From Eledone cirrhosa (lineage: Eukaryota), in contig OZ024758.1 in NCBI GenBank assembly GCA_964016885.1, forward strand, positions 35,154,001-35,218,000: a DNA stretch of 64,000 nt, given 5' to 3'. Below the pieces are notes generated by a model. That model was not told where the DNA came from and searched no databases. It worked only from the letters and a program-made list of their open reading frames with translations. How positions within the stretch are numbered: position 1 is the first letter of the stretch; each line of letters starts with the position of its first letter. This document shows positions 13,601 through 25,990 of the stretch, piece by piece. The position numbers were made by a program, and so were the translations under genes.

Positions 13601-16300
13601 CACTGTTGGTGAGAATTCATTTAAGTTCATGGTATTAGTTGTCAGAAGTAACTCCAATGTTGGTGAGAATTCATTTAAGTTCATGGTACTAGCTGTCAGA
13701 AGTAACTCCACTGTTGGTGAGAATTCATTTAAGTCATGGTACTAGCTGTCAGAAGTAACTCCAATGTTGGTGAGAATTCATTTAAGTTCATGGTATTAGC
13801 TGTCAGAAGGAACTCCACTGTTGGTGAGAATTCATTTAAGTTCATGGTATTAGCTGTCAGAAGTAACTCCACTGTTGGTGAGAATTCATTTAAGTTCATG
13901 GTATTAGCTGTCAGAAGTAACTCCACTGTTGGTGAGAATTCATTTAAGTTCATGGTACTAGCTGTCAGAAGTAACTCCACTGTTGGTGAGAATTCATTTA
14001 AGTTCATGGTATTAGTTTGTCAGAAGTAACTCCACTGTTGGTGAGAATTCATTTAAGTTCATGGTATTAGCTGTCAGAAGGAACGCCACTGTTGGTGAGA
14101 ATTCATTTAAGTTCATGGTATTAGCTGTCAGAAGTAACTCCACTGTTGGTGAGAATTCATTTAAGTTCATGGTACTAGCTGTCAGAAGTAACTCCAATGT
14201 TGGTGAGAATTCATTTAAGTTCATGGTATTAGCTGTCAGAAGGAATTCCACTGTTGGTGAGAATTCATTTAAGTTCATGGTATTAGCTGTCAGAAGTAAC
14301 TCCACTGTTGGTGAGAATTCATTTAAGTCATGGTATTAGCTGTCAAAAGTAACTCCATTGTTGGTGAGAATTCATTTAAGTCATGGTACTAGCTGTCAGA
14401 AGTAACTCCACTGTTGGTGAGAATTCATTTAAGTTCATGGTATTAGTTTGTCAGAAGTAACTCCACTGTTGGTGAGAATTCATTTAAGTCATGGTATTAG
14501 TTGTCAGAAGTAACTCCAATGTTGGTGAGAATTCATTTAAGTCATGGTACTAGCTGTCAGAAGTAACTCCAATGTTGGTGAGAATTCATTTAAGTTCATG
14601 GTATTAGCTGTCAGAAGGAACTCCACTGTTGGTGAGAATTCATTTAAGTTCATGGTATTAGCTGTCAGAAGTAACTCCACTGTTGGTGAGAATTCATTTA
14701 AGTTCATGGTACTAGCTGTCAGAAGTAACTCCAATGTTGGTGAGAATTCATTTAAGTTCATGGTATTAGCTGTCAGAAGTAACTCCACTGTTGGTGAGAA
14801 TTCATTTAAGTCATGGTATTAGCTGTCAGAAGTAACTCCAATGTTGGTGAGAATTCATTTAAGTTCATGGTATTAGCTGTCAGAAGTAACTCCACTGTTG
14901 GTGAGAATTCATTTAAAGTTCATGGTATTAGCTGTCAGAAGTAACTCCACTGTTGGTGAGAATTCATTTAAGTTCATGGTACTAGCTGTCAGAAGTAACT
15001 CCACTGTTGGTGAGAATTCATTTAAGTTCATGGTACTAGCTGTCAGAAGTAACTCCAATGTTGGTGAGAATTCATTTAAGTTCATGGTATTAGCTGTCAG
15101 AAGGAACTCCACTGTTGGTGAGAATTCATTTAAGTTCATGGTATTAGCTGTCAGAAGTAACTCCACTGTTGGTGAAAATTCATTTAAGTTCATGGTACTA
15201 GTTGTCAGAAGTAACTCCACTGTTGGTGAGAATTCATTTAAGTTCATGGTATTAGTTGTCAGAAGTAACTCCACTGTTGGTGAGAATTCATTAAGTCATG
15301 GTATTAGTTGTCAGAAGTAACTCCAATGTTGGTGAGAATTCATTTAAGTTCATGGTACTAGCTGTCAGAAGTAACTCCAATGTTGGTGAGAATTCATTTA
15401 AGTTCATGGTATTAGCTGTCAGAAGGAACTCCACTGTTGGTGAGAATTCATTTAAGTTCATGGTACTAGCTGTCAGAAGTAACTCCACTGTTGGTGAGAA
15501 TTCATTTAAGTTCATGGTATTAGTTTGTCAGAAGTAACTCCACTGTTAGTGAGAATTCATTTAAGTCATGGTATTAGCTGTCAGAAGTAACTCCATTGTT
15601 GGTGAGAATTCATTTAAGTCATGGTACTAGCTGTCAGAAGTAACTCCACTGTTGGTGAGAATTCATTTAAGTTCATGGTATTAGTTTGTCAGAAGTAACT
15701 CCACTGTTGGTGAGAATTCATTTAAGTCATGGTATTAGTTGTCAGAAGTAACTCCAATGTTGGTGAGAATTCATTTGAGTCATGGTACTAGCTGTCAGAA
15801 GTAACTCCAATGTTGGTGAGAATTCATTTAAGTTCATGGTATTAGCTGTCAGAAGGAACTCCACTGTTGGTGAGAATTCATTTAAGTTCATGGTATTAGC
15901 TGTCAGAAGTAACTCCACTGTTGGTGAGAATTCATTTAAATTCATGGTACTAGCTGTCAGAAGTAACTCCAATGTTGGTGAGAATTCATTTAAGTTCATG
16001 GTATTAGCTGTCAGAAGTAACTCCACTGTTGGTGAGAATTCATTTAAGTCATGGTATTAGCTGTCAGAAGTAACTCCAATGTTGGTGAGAATTCATTTAA
16101 GTTCATGGTATTAGCTGTCAGAAGTAACTCCACTGTTGGTGAGAATTCATTTAAGTTCATGGTATTAGCTGTCAGAAGTAACTCCACTGTTGGTGAGAAT
16201 TAATTTAAGTTCATGGTATTAGTTGTCAGAAGTAACTCCAATGTTGGTGAGAATTCATTTAAGTTCATGGTACTAGCTGTCAGAAGTAACTCCACTGTTG
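3460..16300. repeat. Variable-length higher-order repeat (six related units; spacings 1186, 1776, 2530, 2208 and 2853 bp)
   Basis: The marker monomer AGAAGGAATTCCACTG (an extra EcoRI site) lies at 3690, 4876, 6652, 9182, 11390 and 14243, in a similar neighbouring monomer order each time. An identical 92-aa pseudo-ORF starts at 4694, 6470, 9000, 11208 and 14061. Confidence 0.85.
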
Positions 16301-16399
16301 GTGAGAATTCATTTAAGTCATGGTACTAGCTGTCAGAAGTAACTCCAATGTTGGTGAGAATTCATTTAAGTTCATGGTATTAGCTGTCAGAAGGAACTC

Positions 16400-19300
16400 C
16401 ACTGTTGGTGAGAATTCATTTAAGTTCATGGTATTAGCTGTCAGAAGTAACTCCACTGTTGGTGAGAATTCATTTAAGTTCATGGTATTAGCTGTCAGAA
16501 GGAACTCCAATGTTGGTGAGAATTCATTTAAGTCATGGTACTAGCTGTCAGAAGTAACTCCACTGTTGGTGAGAATTCATTTAAGTTCATGGTATTAGCT
16601 GTCAGAAGGAACGCCACTGTTGGTGAGAATTCATTTAAGTTCGTGGTACTAGCTGTCAGAAGTAACTCCACTGTTGGTGAGAATTCATTTAAGTTCATGG
16701 TACTAGCTGTCAGAAGTAACTCCAATGTTGGTGAGAATTCATTTAAATTCATGGTATTAGCTGTCAGAAGTAACTCCACTGTTGGTGAGAATTCATTTAA
16801 GTTCATGGTACTAGCTGTCAGAAGCAACTCCACTGTTGGTGAGAATTCATTTAAGTTCATGGTATTAGCTGTCAGAAGTAACTCCACTGTTGGTGAGAAT
16901 TCATTTAAGTTCATGGTACTAGCTGTCAGAAGTAACCCCAATGTTGGTGAGAATTCATTTAAGTTCATGGTATTAGCTGTCAGAAGTCACTCCAATGTTG
17001 GTGAGAATTCATTTAAGTTCATGGTATTAGCTGTCAGAAGTCACTCCACTGTTGGTGAGAATTCATTTAAGTTCATGGTACTAGCTGTCAGAAGTAACTC
17101 CACTGTTGGTGAGAATTCATTGAAGTTCATGGTACTAGCTGTCAGAAGTAACTCCACTGTTGGTGAGAATTCATTTAAGTTCATGGTACTAGCTGTCAGA
17201 AGTAACCCCAATGTTGGTGAGAATTCATTTAAGTTCATGGTTTTAGCTGTTAGAAGTTACTCCAATGTTGGTGAGAATTCATTTAAGTTCATGGTATTAG
17301 CTGTCAGAAGTAACTCCACTGTTGGTGAGAATTCATTTAAGTTCATGGTATTAGCTGTCAGAAGTAACTCCACTGTTGGTGAGAATTCATTTAAGTTCAT
17401 GGTATTAGCTGTCAGAAGGAACTCCAATGTTGGTGAGAATTCATTTAAGTCATGGTACTAGCTGTCAGAAGTAACTCCACTGTTGGTGAGAATTCATTTA
17501 AGTTCATGGTATTAGCTGTCAGAAGGAACGCCACTGTTGGTGAGAATTCATTTAAGTTCATGGTACTAGCTGTCAGAAGTAACTCCAATGTTGGTGAGAA
17601 TTCATTTATGTTCATGGTATTAGCTGTCAGAGGTAACTCCACTGTTGGTGAGAATTCATTTAAGTTCATGGTACTAGCTGTCAGAAGTAACTCCACTGTT
17701 GGTGAGAATTCATTTAAGTTCATGGTACTAGCTGTCAGAAGGAACTCCACTGTTGGTGAGAATTCATTTAAGTTCATGGTATTAGCTGTCAGAAGTAACT
17801 CCACTGTTGGTGAGAATTCATTTAAGTCATGGTATTAGCTGTCAGAAGTAACTCCATTGTTGGTGAGAATTCATTTAAGTCATGGTACTAGCTGTCAGAA
17901 GTAACTCCACTGTTGGTGAGAATTCATTTAAGTTCATGGTACTAGCTGTCAGAAGTAACTCCAATGTTGGTGAGAATTCATTTAAGTCATGGTACTAGCT
18001 GTCAGAAGTAACTCCACTGTTGGTGAGAATTCATTTAAGTTCATGGTATTAGCTGTCAGAAGGAACTCCACTGTTGGTGAGAATTCATTTAAGTCATGGT
18101 ATTAGCTGTCAGAAGTAACTCCATTGTTGGTGAGAATTCATTTAAGTCATGGTACTAGCTGTCAGAAGTAACTCCACTGTTGGTGAGAATTCATTTAAGT
18201 TCATGGTACTAGCTGTCAGAAGTAACTCCACTGTTGGTGAGAATTCATTTAAGTTCATTGTACTAGCTGTCAGAAGTAACTCCACTGTTGGTGAGAATTC
18301 ATTTAAGTCATGGTATTAGCTGTCAGAAGTAACTCCATTGTTGGTGAGAATTCATTTAAGTCATGGTACTAGCTGTCAGAAGTAACTCCACTGTTGGTGA
18401 GAATTCATTTAAGTTCATGGTATTAGCTGTCAGAAGGAACTCCACTGTTGGTGAGAATTCATTTATGTTCATGGTATTAGCTGTCAGAAGTAACTCCACT
18501 GTTGGTGAGAATTCATTTAAGTTCATGGTACTAGCTGTCAGAAGTAACTCCACTGTTGGTGAGAATTCATTTAAGTTCATGGTACTAGCTGTCAGAAGGA
18601 ACTCCACTGTTGGTGAGAATTCATTTAAGTTCATGGTATTAGCTGTCAGAAGTAACTCCAATGTTGGTGAGAATTCATTTAAGTCATGGTATTAGCTGTC
18701 AGAAGGAACTCCACTGTTGGTGAGAATTCATTTAAGTTCATGGTATTAGCTGTCAGAAGTAACTCCAATGTTGGTGAGAATTCATTTAAGTTCATGGTAT
18801 TAGCTGTCAGAAGTCACTCCACTGTTGGTGAGAATTCATTTAAGTTCATGGTATTAGCTGTCAGAAGTAACTCCACTGTTGGTGAGAATTCATTTAAGTT
18901 CATGGTACTAGCTGTCAGAAGTAACTCCACTGTTGGTGAGAATTCATTTAAGTTCATGGTACTAGCTGTCAGAAGTAACCCCAATGTTAGTGAGAATTCA
19001 TTTAAGTTCATGGTATTAGCTGTCAGAAGTCACTCCACTGTTGGTGAGAATTCATTTAAGTTCATGGTATTAGCTGTCAGAAGTAACTCCACTGTTGGTG
19101 AGAATTCATTTAAGTTCATGGTATTAGCTGTCAGAAGTAACTCCACTGTTGGTGAGAATTCATTTAAGTTCATGGTATTAGCTGTCAGAAGTAACTCCAC
19201 TGTTGGTGAGAATTCATTTAAGTTCATGGTACTAGCTGTCAGAAGTAACGCCACTGTTGGTGAGAATTCATTTAAGTTCATGGTATTAGCTGTCAGAAGT

Positions 19301-22300
19301 AACTCCACTGTTGGTGAGAATTCATTTAAGTCATGGTATTAGCTGTCAGAAGTAACTCCATTGTTGGTGAGAATTCATTTAAGTCATGGTACAAGCTGTC
19401 AGAAGTAACTCCACTGTTGGTGAGAATTCATTTAAGTTCATGGTACTAGCTGTCAGAAGTAACTCCACTGTTGGTGAGAATTCATTTAAGTTCATGGTAC
19501 TAGCTGTCAGAAGTAACTCCAATGTTGGTGAGAATTCATTTAAGTCATGGTACTAGCTGTCAGAAGTCACTCCACTGTTGGTGAGAATTCATTTAAGTTC
19601 ATGGTATTAGCTGTCAGAAGGAACTCCACTGTTGGTGAGAATTCATTTAAATTCATGGTATTAGCTGTCAGAAGTAACTCCACTGTTGGTGAGAATTCAT
19701 TTAAGTTCATGGTACTAGCTGTCGGAAGGAACTCCAATGTTGGTGAGAATTCATTTAAGTTCATGGTATTAGCTGTCAGAAGTAACTCCACTGTTGGTGA
19801 GAATTCATTTAAGTTCATGGTATTAGCTGTCAGAAGTAACTCCACTGTTGGTGAGAATTCATTTAAGTTCATGGTACTAGCTGTCAGAAGTAACTCCACT
19901 GTTGGTGAGAATTCGTTTAAGTTCATGGTAGTAGCTGTCAGAAGTAACCCCAATGTTGGTGAGAACACATTTAAGTTCATGGTATTAGCTGTCAGAAGTC
20001 ACTCCACTGTTGGTGAGAATTCATTTAAGTTCATGGTATTAGCTGTCAGAAGTAACTCCACTGTTGGTGAGAATTCATTTAAGTTCATGGTATTAGCTGT
20101 CAGAAGTAACTCCACTGTTGGTGAGAATTCATTTAAGTTCATGGTATTAGCTGTCAGAAGTAACTCCACTGTTGGTGAGAATTCATTTAAGTTCATGGTA
20201 CTAGCTGTCAGAAGTAACTCCACTGTTGGTGAGAATTCATTTAAGTTCATGGTATTAGCTGTCAGACGTAACTCCACTGTTGGTGAGAATTCATTTAAGT
20301 GATGGTATTAGCTGTCAGAAGTAACTCCATTGTTGGTGAGAATTCAATTAAGTCATGGTACTAGCTGTCAGAAGTAACTCCACTGTTGGTGAGAATTCAT
20401 TTAAGTTCATGGTACTAGCTGTCAGAAGTAACTCCACTGTTGGTGAGAATTCATTTAAGTTCATGGTACTAGCTGTCAGAAGTAACTCCAATGTTGGTGA
20501 GAATTCATTTAAATTCATGGTATTAGCTGTCAGAAGTAACTCCACTGTTGGTGAGAATTCATTTAAGTTCATGGTACTAGCTGTCAGAAGCAACTCCACT
20601 GTTGGTGAGAATTCATTTAAGTTCATGGTATTAGCTGTCAGAAGTAACTCCACTGTTGGTGAGAATTCATTTAAGTTCATGGTATTAGCTGTCAGAAGTA
20701 ACTCCACTGTTGGTGAGAATTCATTTAAGTTCATGGTATTAGCTGTCAGAAGTAACTCCACTGTTGGTGAGAATTCATTTAAGTTCATGGTATTAGCTGT
20801 CAGAAGTAACTCCACTGTTGGTGAGAATTCATTTAAGTTCATGGTACTAGCTGTCAGAAGTAACTCCACTGTTGGTGAGAATTCATTTAAGTTCATGGTA
20901 TTAGCTGTCAGAAGTAACTCCACTGTTGGTGAGAATTCATTTAAGTCATGGTATTAGCTGTCAGAAGTAACTCCATTGTTGGTGAGAATTCATTTAAGTC
21001 ATGGTACTAGCTGTCAGAAGTAACTCCACTGTTGGTGAGAATTCATTTAAGTTCATGGTACTAGCTGTCAGAAGTAACTCCACTGTTGGTGAGAATTCAT
21101 TTAAGTTCATGGTACTAGCTGTTAGAAGTAACTCCAATGTTGGTGAGAATTCATTTAAATTCATGGTATTAGCTGTCAGAAGTAACTCCACTGTTGGTGA
21201 GAATTCATTTAAGTTCATGGTACTAGCTGTCAGAAGCAACTCCACTGTTGGTGAGAATTCATTTAAGTTCATGGTATTAGCTGTCAGAAGTAACTCCACT
21301 GTTGGTGAGAATTCATTTAAGTTCATGGTACTAGCTGTCAGAAGTAACCCCAATGTTGGTGAGAATTCATTTAAGTTCATGGTATTAGCTGTCAGAAGTC
21401 ACTCCAATGTTGGTGAGAATTCATTTAAGTTCATGGTATTAGCTGTCAGAAGTCACTCCACTGTTGGTGAGAATTCATTTAAGTTCATGGTACTAGCTGT
21501 CAGAAGTAACTCCACTGTTGGTGAGAATTCATTTAAGTTCATGGTACTAGCTGTCAGAAGTAACTCCACTGTTGGTGAGAATTCATTTAAGTTCATGGTA
21601 CTAGCTGTCAGAAGTAACCCCAATGTTGGTGAGAATTCATTTAATTTCATGGTATTAGCTGTCAGAAGTTACTCCAATGTTGGTGAGAATTCATTTAAGT
21701 TCATGGTATTAGCTGTCAGAAGTAACTCCACTGTTGGTGAGAATTCATTTAAGTTCATGGTATTAGCTGTCAGAAGTAACTCCACTGTTGGTGAGAATTC
21801 ATTTAAGTTCATGGTATTAGCTGTCAGAAGGAACTCCAATGTTGGTGAGAATTCATTTAAGTCATGGTACTAGCTGTCAGAAGTAACTCCACTGTTGGTG
21901 AGAATTCATTTAAGTTCATGGTATTAGCTGTCAGAAGGAACGCCACTGTTGGTGAGAATTCATTTAAGTTCATGGTACTAGCTGTCAGAAGTAACTCCAC
22001 TGTTGGTGAGAATTCATTTAAGTTCATGGTACTAGCTGTCAGAAGTAACTCCAATGTTGGTGAGAATTCATTTAAATTCATGGTATTAGCTGTCAGAAGT
22101 AACTCCACTGTTGGTGAGAATTCATTTAAGTTCATGGTACTAGCTGTCAGAAGCAACTCCACTGTTGGTGAGAATTCATTTAAGTTCATGGTATTAGCTG
22201 TCAGAAGTAACTCCACTGTTGGTGAGAATTCATTTAAGTTCATGGTACTAGCTGTCAGAAGTAACCCCAATGTTGGTGAGAATTCATTTAAGTTCATGGT

Positions 22301-25300
22301 ATTAGCTGTCAGAAGTCACTCCAATGTTGGTGAGAATTCATTTAAGTTCATGGTATTAGCTGTCAGAAGTCACTCCACTGTTGGTGAGAATTCATTTAAG
22401 TTCATGGTACTAGCTGTCAGAAGTAACTCCACTGTTGGTGAGAATTCATTGAAGTTCATGGTACTAGCTGTCAGAAGTAACTCCACTGTTGGTGAGAATT
22501 CATTTAAGTTCATGGTACTAGCTGTCAGAAGTAACCCCAATGTTGGTGAGAATTCATTTAAGTTCATGGTTTTAGCTGTTAGAAGTTACTCCAATGTTGG
22601 TGAGAATTCATTTAAGTTCATGGTATTAGCTGTCAGAAGTAACTCCACTGTTGGTGAGAATTCATTTAAGTTCATGGTATTAGCTGTCAGAAGTAACTCC
22701 ACTGTTGGTGAGAATTCATTTAAGTTCATGGTATTAGCTGTCAGAAGGAACTCCAATGTTGGTGAGAATTCATTTAAGTCATGGTACTAGCTGTCAGAAG
22801 TAACTCCACTGTTGGTGAGAATTCATTTAAGTTCATGGTATTAGCTGTCAGAAGGAACGCCACTGTTGGTGAGAATTCATTTAAGTTCATGGTACTAGCT
22901 GTCAGAAGTAACTCCAATGTTGGTGAGAATTCATTTATGTTCATGGTATTAGCTGTCAGAGGTAACTCCACTGTTGGTGAGAATTCATTTAAGTTCATGG
23001 TACTAGCTGTCAGAAGTAACTCCACTGTTGGTGAGAATTCATTTAAGTTCATGGTACTAGCTGTCAGAAGGAACTCCACTGTTGGTGAGAATTCATTTAA
23101 GTTCATGGTATTAGCTGTCAGAAGTAACTCCACTGTTGGTGAGAATTCATTTAAGTCATGGTATTAGCTGTCAGAAGTAACTCCATTGTTGGTGAGAATT
23201 CATTTAAGTCATGGTACTAGCTGTCAGAAGTAACTCCACTGTTGGTGAGAATTCATTTAAGTTCATGGTACTAGCTGTCAGAAGTAACTCCAATGTTGGT
23301 GAGAATTCATTTAAGTCATGGTACTAGCTGTCAGAAGTAACTCCACTGTTGGTGAGAATTCATTTAAGTTCATGGTATTAGCTGTCAGAAGGAACTCCAC
23401 TGTTGGTGAGAATTCATTTAAGTCATGGTATTAGCTGTCAGAAGTAACTCCATTGTTGGTGAGAATTCATTTAAGTCATGGTACTAGCTGTCAGAAGTAA
23501 CTCCACTGTTGGTGAGAATTCATTTAAGTTCATGGTACTAGCTGTCAGAAGTAACTCCACTGTTGGTGAGAATTCATTTAAGTTCATTGTACTAGCTGTC
23601 AGAAGTAACTCCACTGTTGGTGAGAATTCATTTAAGTCATGGTATTAGCTGTCAGAAGTAACTCCATTGTTGGTGAGAATTCATTTAAGTCATGGTACTA
23701 GCTGTCAGAAGTAACTCCACTGTTGGTGAGAATTCATTTAAGTTCATGGTATTAGCTGTCAGAAGGAACTCCACTGTTGGTGAGAATTCATTTATGTTCA
23801 TGGTATTAGCTGTCAGAAGTAACTCCACTGTTGGTGAGAATTCATTTAAGTTCATGGTACTAGCTGTCAGAAGTAACTCCACTGTTGGTGAGAATTCATT
23901 TAAGTTCATGGTACTAGCTGTCAGAAGGAACTCCACTGTTGGTGAGAATTCATTTAAGTTCATGGTATTAGCTGTCAGAAGTAACTCCAATGTTGGTGAG
24001 AATTCATTTAAGTCATGGTATTAGCTGTCAGAAGGAACTCCACTGTTGGTGAGAATTCATTTAAGTTCATGGTATTAGCTGTCAGAAGTAACTCCAATGT
24101 TGGTGAGAATTCATTTAAGTTCATGGTATTAGCTGTCAGAAGTCACTCCACTGTTGGTGAGAATTCATTTAAGTTCATGGTATTAGCTGTCAGAAGTAAC
24201 TCCACTGTTGGTGAGAATTCATTTAAGTTCATGGTACTAGCTGTCAGAAGTAACTCCACTGTTGGTGAGAATTCATTTAAGTTCATGGTACTAGCTGTCA
24301 GAAGTAACCCCAATGTTAGTGAGAATTCATTTAAGTTCATGGTATTAGCTGTCAGAAGTCACTCCACTGTTGGTGAGAATTCATTTAAGTTCATGGTATT
24401 AGCTGTCAGAAGTAACTCCACTGTTGGTGAGAATTCATTTAAGTTCATGGTATTAGCTGTCAGAAGTAACTCCACTGTTGGTGAGAATTCATTTAAGTTC
24501 ATGGTATTAGCTGTCAGAAGTAACTCCACTGTTGGTGAGAATTCATTTAAGTTCATGGTACTAGCTGTCAGAAGTAACGCCACTGTTGGTGAGAATTCAT
24601 TTAAGTTCATGGTATTAGCTGTCAGAAGTAACTCCACTGTTGGTGAGAATTCATTTAAGTCATGGTATTAGCTGTCAGAAGTAACTCCATTGTTGGTGAG
24701 AATTCATTTAAGTCATGGTACAAGCTGTCAGAAGTAACTCCACTGTTGGTGAGAATTCATTTAAGTTCATGGTACTAGCTGTCAGAAGTAACTCCACTGT
24801 TGGTGAGAATTCATTTAAGTTCATGGTACTAGCTGTCAGAAGTAACTCCAATGTTGGTGAGAATTCATTTAAGTCATGGTACTAGCTGTCAGAAGTCACT
24901 CCACTGTTGGTGAGAATTCATTTAAGTTCATGGTATTAGCTGTCAGAAGGAACTCCACTGTTGGTGAGAATTCATTTAAATTCATGGTATTAGCTGTCAG
25001 AAGTAACTCCACTGTTGGTGAGAATTCATTTAAGTTCATGGTACTAGCTGTCGGAAGGAACTCCAATGTTGGTGAGAATTCATTTAAGTTCATGGTATTA
25101 GCTGTCAGAAGTAACTCCACTGTTGGTGAGAATTCATTTAAGTTCATGGTATTAGCTGTCAGAAGTAACTCCACTGTTGGTGAGAATTCATTTAAGTTCA
25201 TGGTACTAGCTGTCAGAAGTAACTCCACTGTTGGTGAGAATTCGTTTAAGTTCATGGTAGTAGCTGTCAGAAGTAACCCCAATGTTGGTGAGAACACATT

Positions 25301-25990
25301 TAAGTTCATGGTATTAGCTGTCAGAAGTCACTCCACTGTTGGTGAGAATTCATTTAAGTTCATGGTATTAGCTGTCAGAAGTAACTCCACTGTTGGTGAG
25401 AATTCATTTAAGTTCATGGTATTAGCTGTCAGAAGTAACTCCACTGTTGGTGAGAATTCATTTAAGTTCATGGTATTAGCTGTCAGAAGTAACTCCACTG
25501 TTGGTGAGAATTCATTTAAGTTCATGGTACTAGCTGTCAGAAGTAACTCCACTGTTGGTGAGAATTCATTTAAGTTCATGGTATTAGCTGTCAGAAGTAA
25601 CTCCACTGTTGGTGAGAATTCATTTAAGTGATGGTATTAGCTGTCAGAAGTAACTCCATTGTTGGTGAGAATTCAATTAAGTCATGGTACTAGCTGTCAG
25701 AAGTAACTCCACTGTTGGTGAGAATTCATTTAAGTTCATGGTACTAGCTGTCAGAAGTAACTCCACTGTTGGTGAGAATTCATTTAAGTTCATGGTACTA
25801 GCTGTCAGAAGTAACTCCAATGTTGGTGAGAATTCATTTAAATTCATGGTATTAGCTGTCAGAAGTAACTCCACTGTTGGTGAGAATTCATTTAAGTTCA
25901 TGGTACTAGCTGTCAGAAGCAACTCCACTGTTGGTGAGAATTCATTTAAGTTCATGGTATTAGCTGTCAGAAGTAACTCCACTGTTGGTG
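16400..25990. repeat. Tandem block duplication, period 5,329 bp (99 monomers); second copy truncated at about 26 kb
   Basis: ORF pairs 16535/21864, 17452/22781, 18363/23692, 18686/24015, 19547/24876 and 20355/25684 are all offset by exactly 5329. The copies share rare variants (TTGAAG, GGTTTTAGCTGTTAGAAGTTAC, GTACAAGC, GAGAACAC, AAGTGATGG). Confidence 0.92.
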
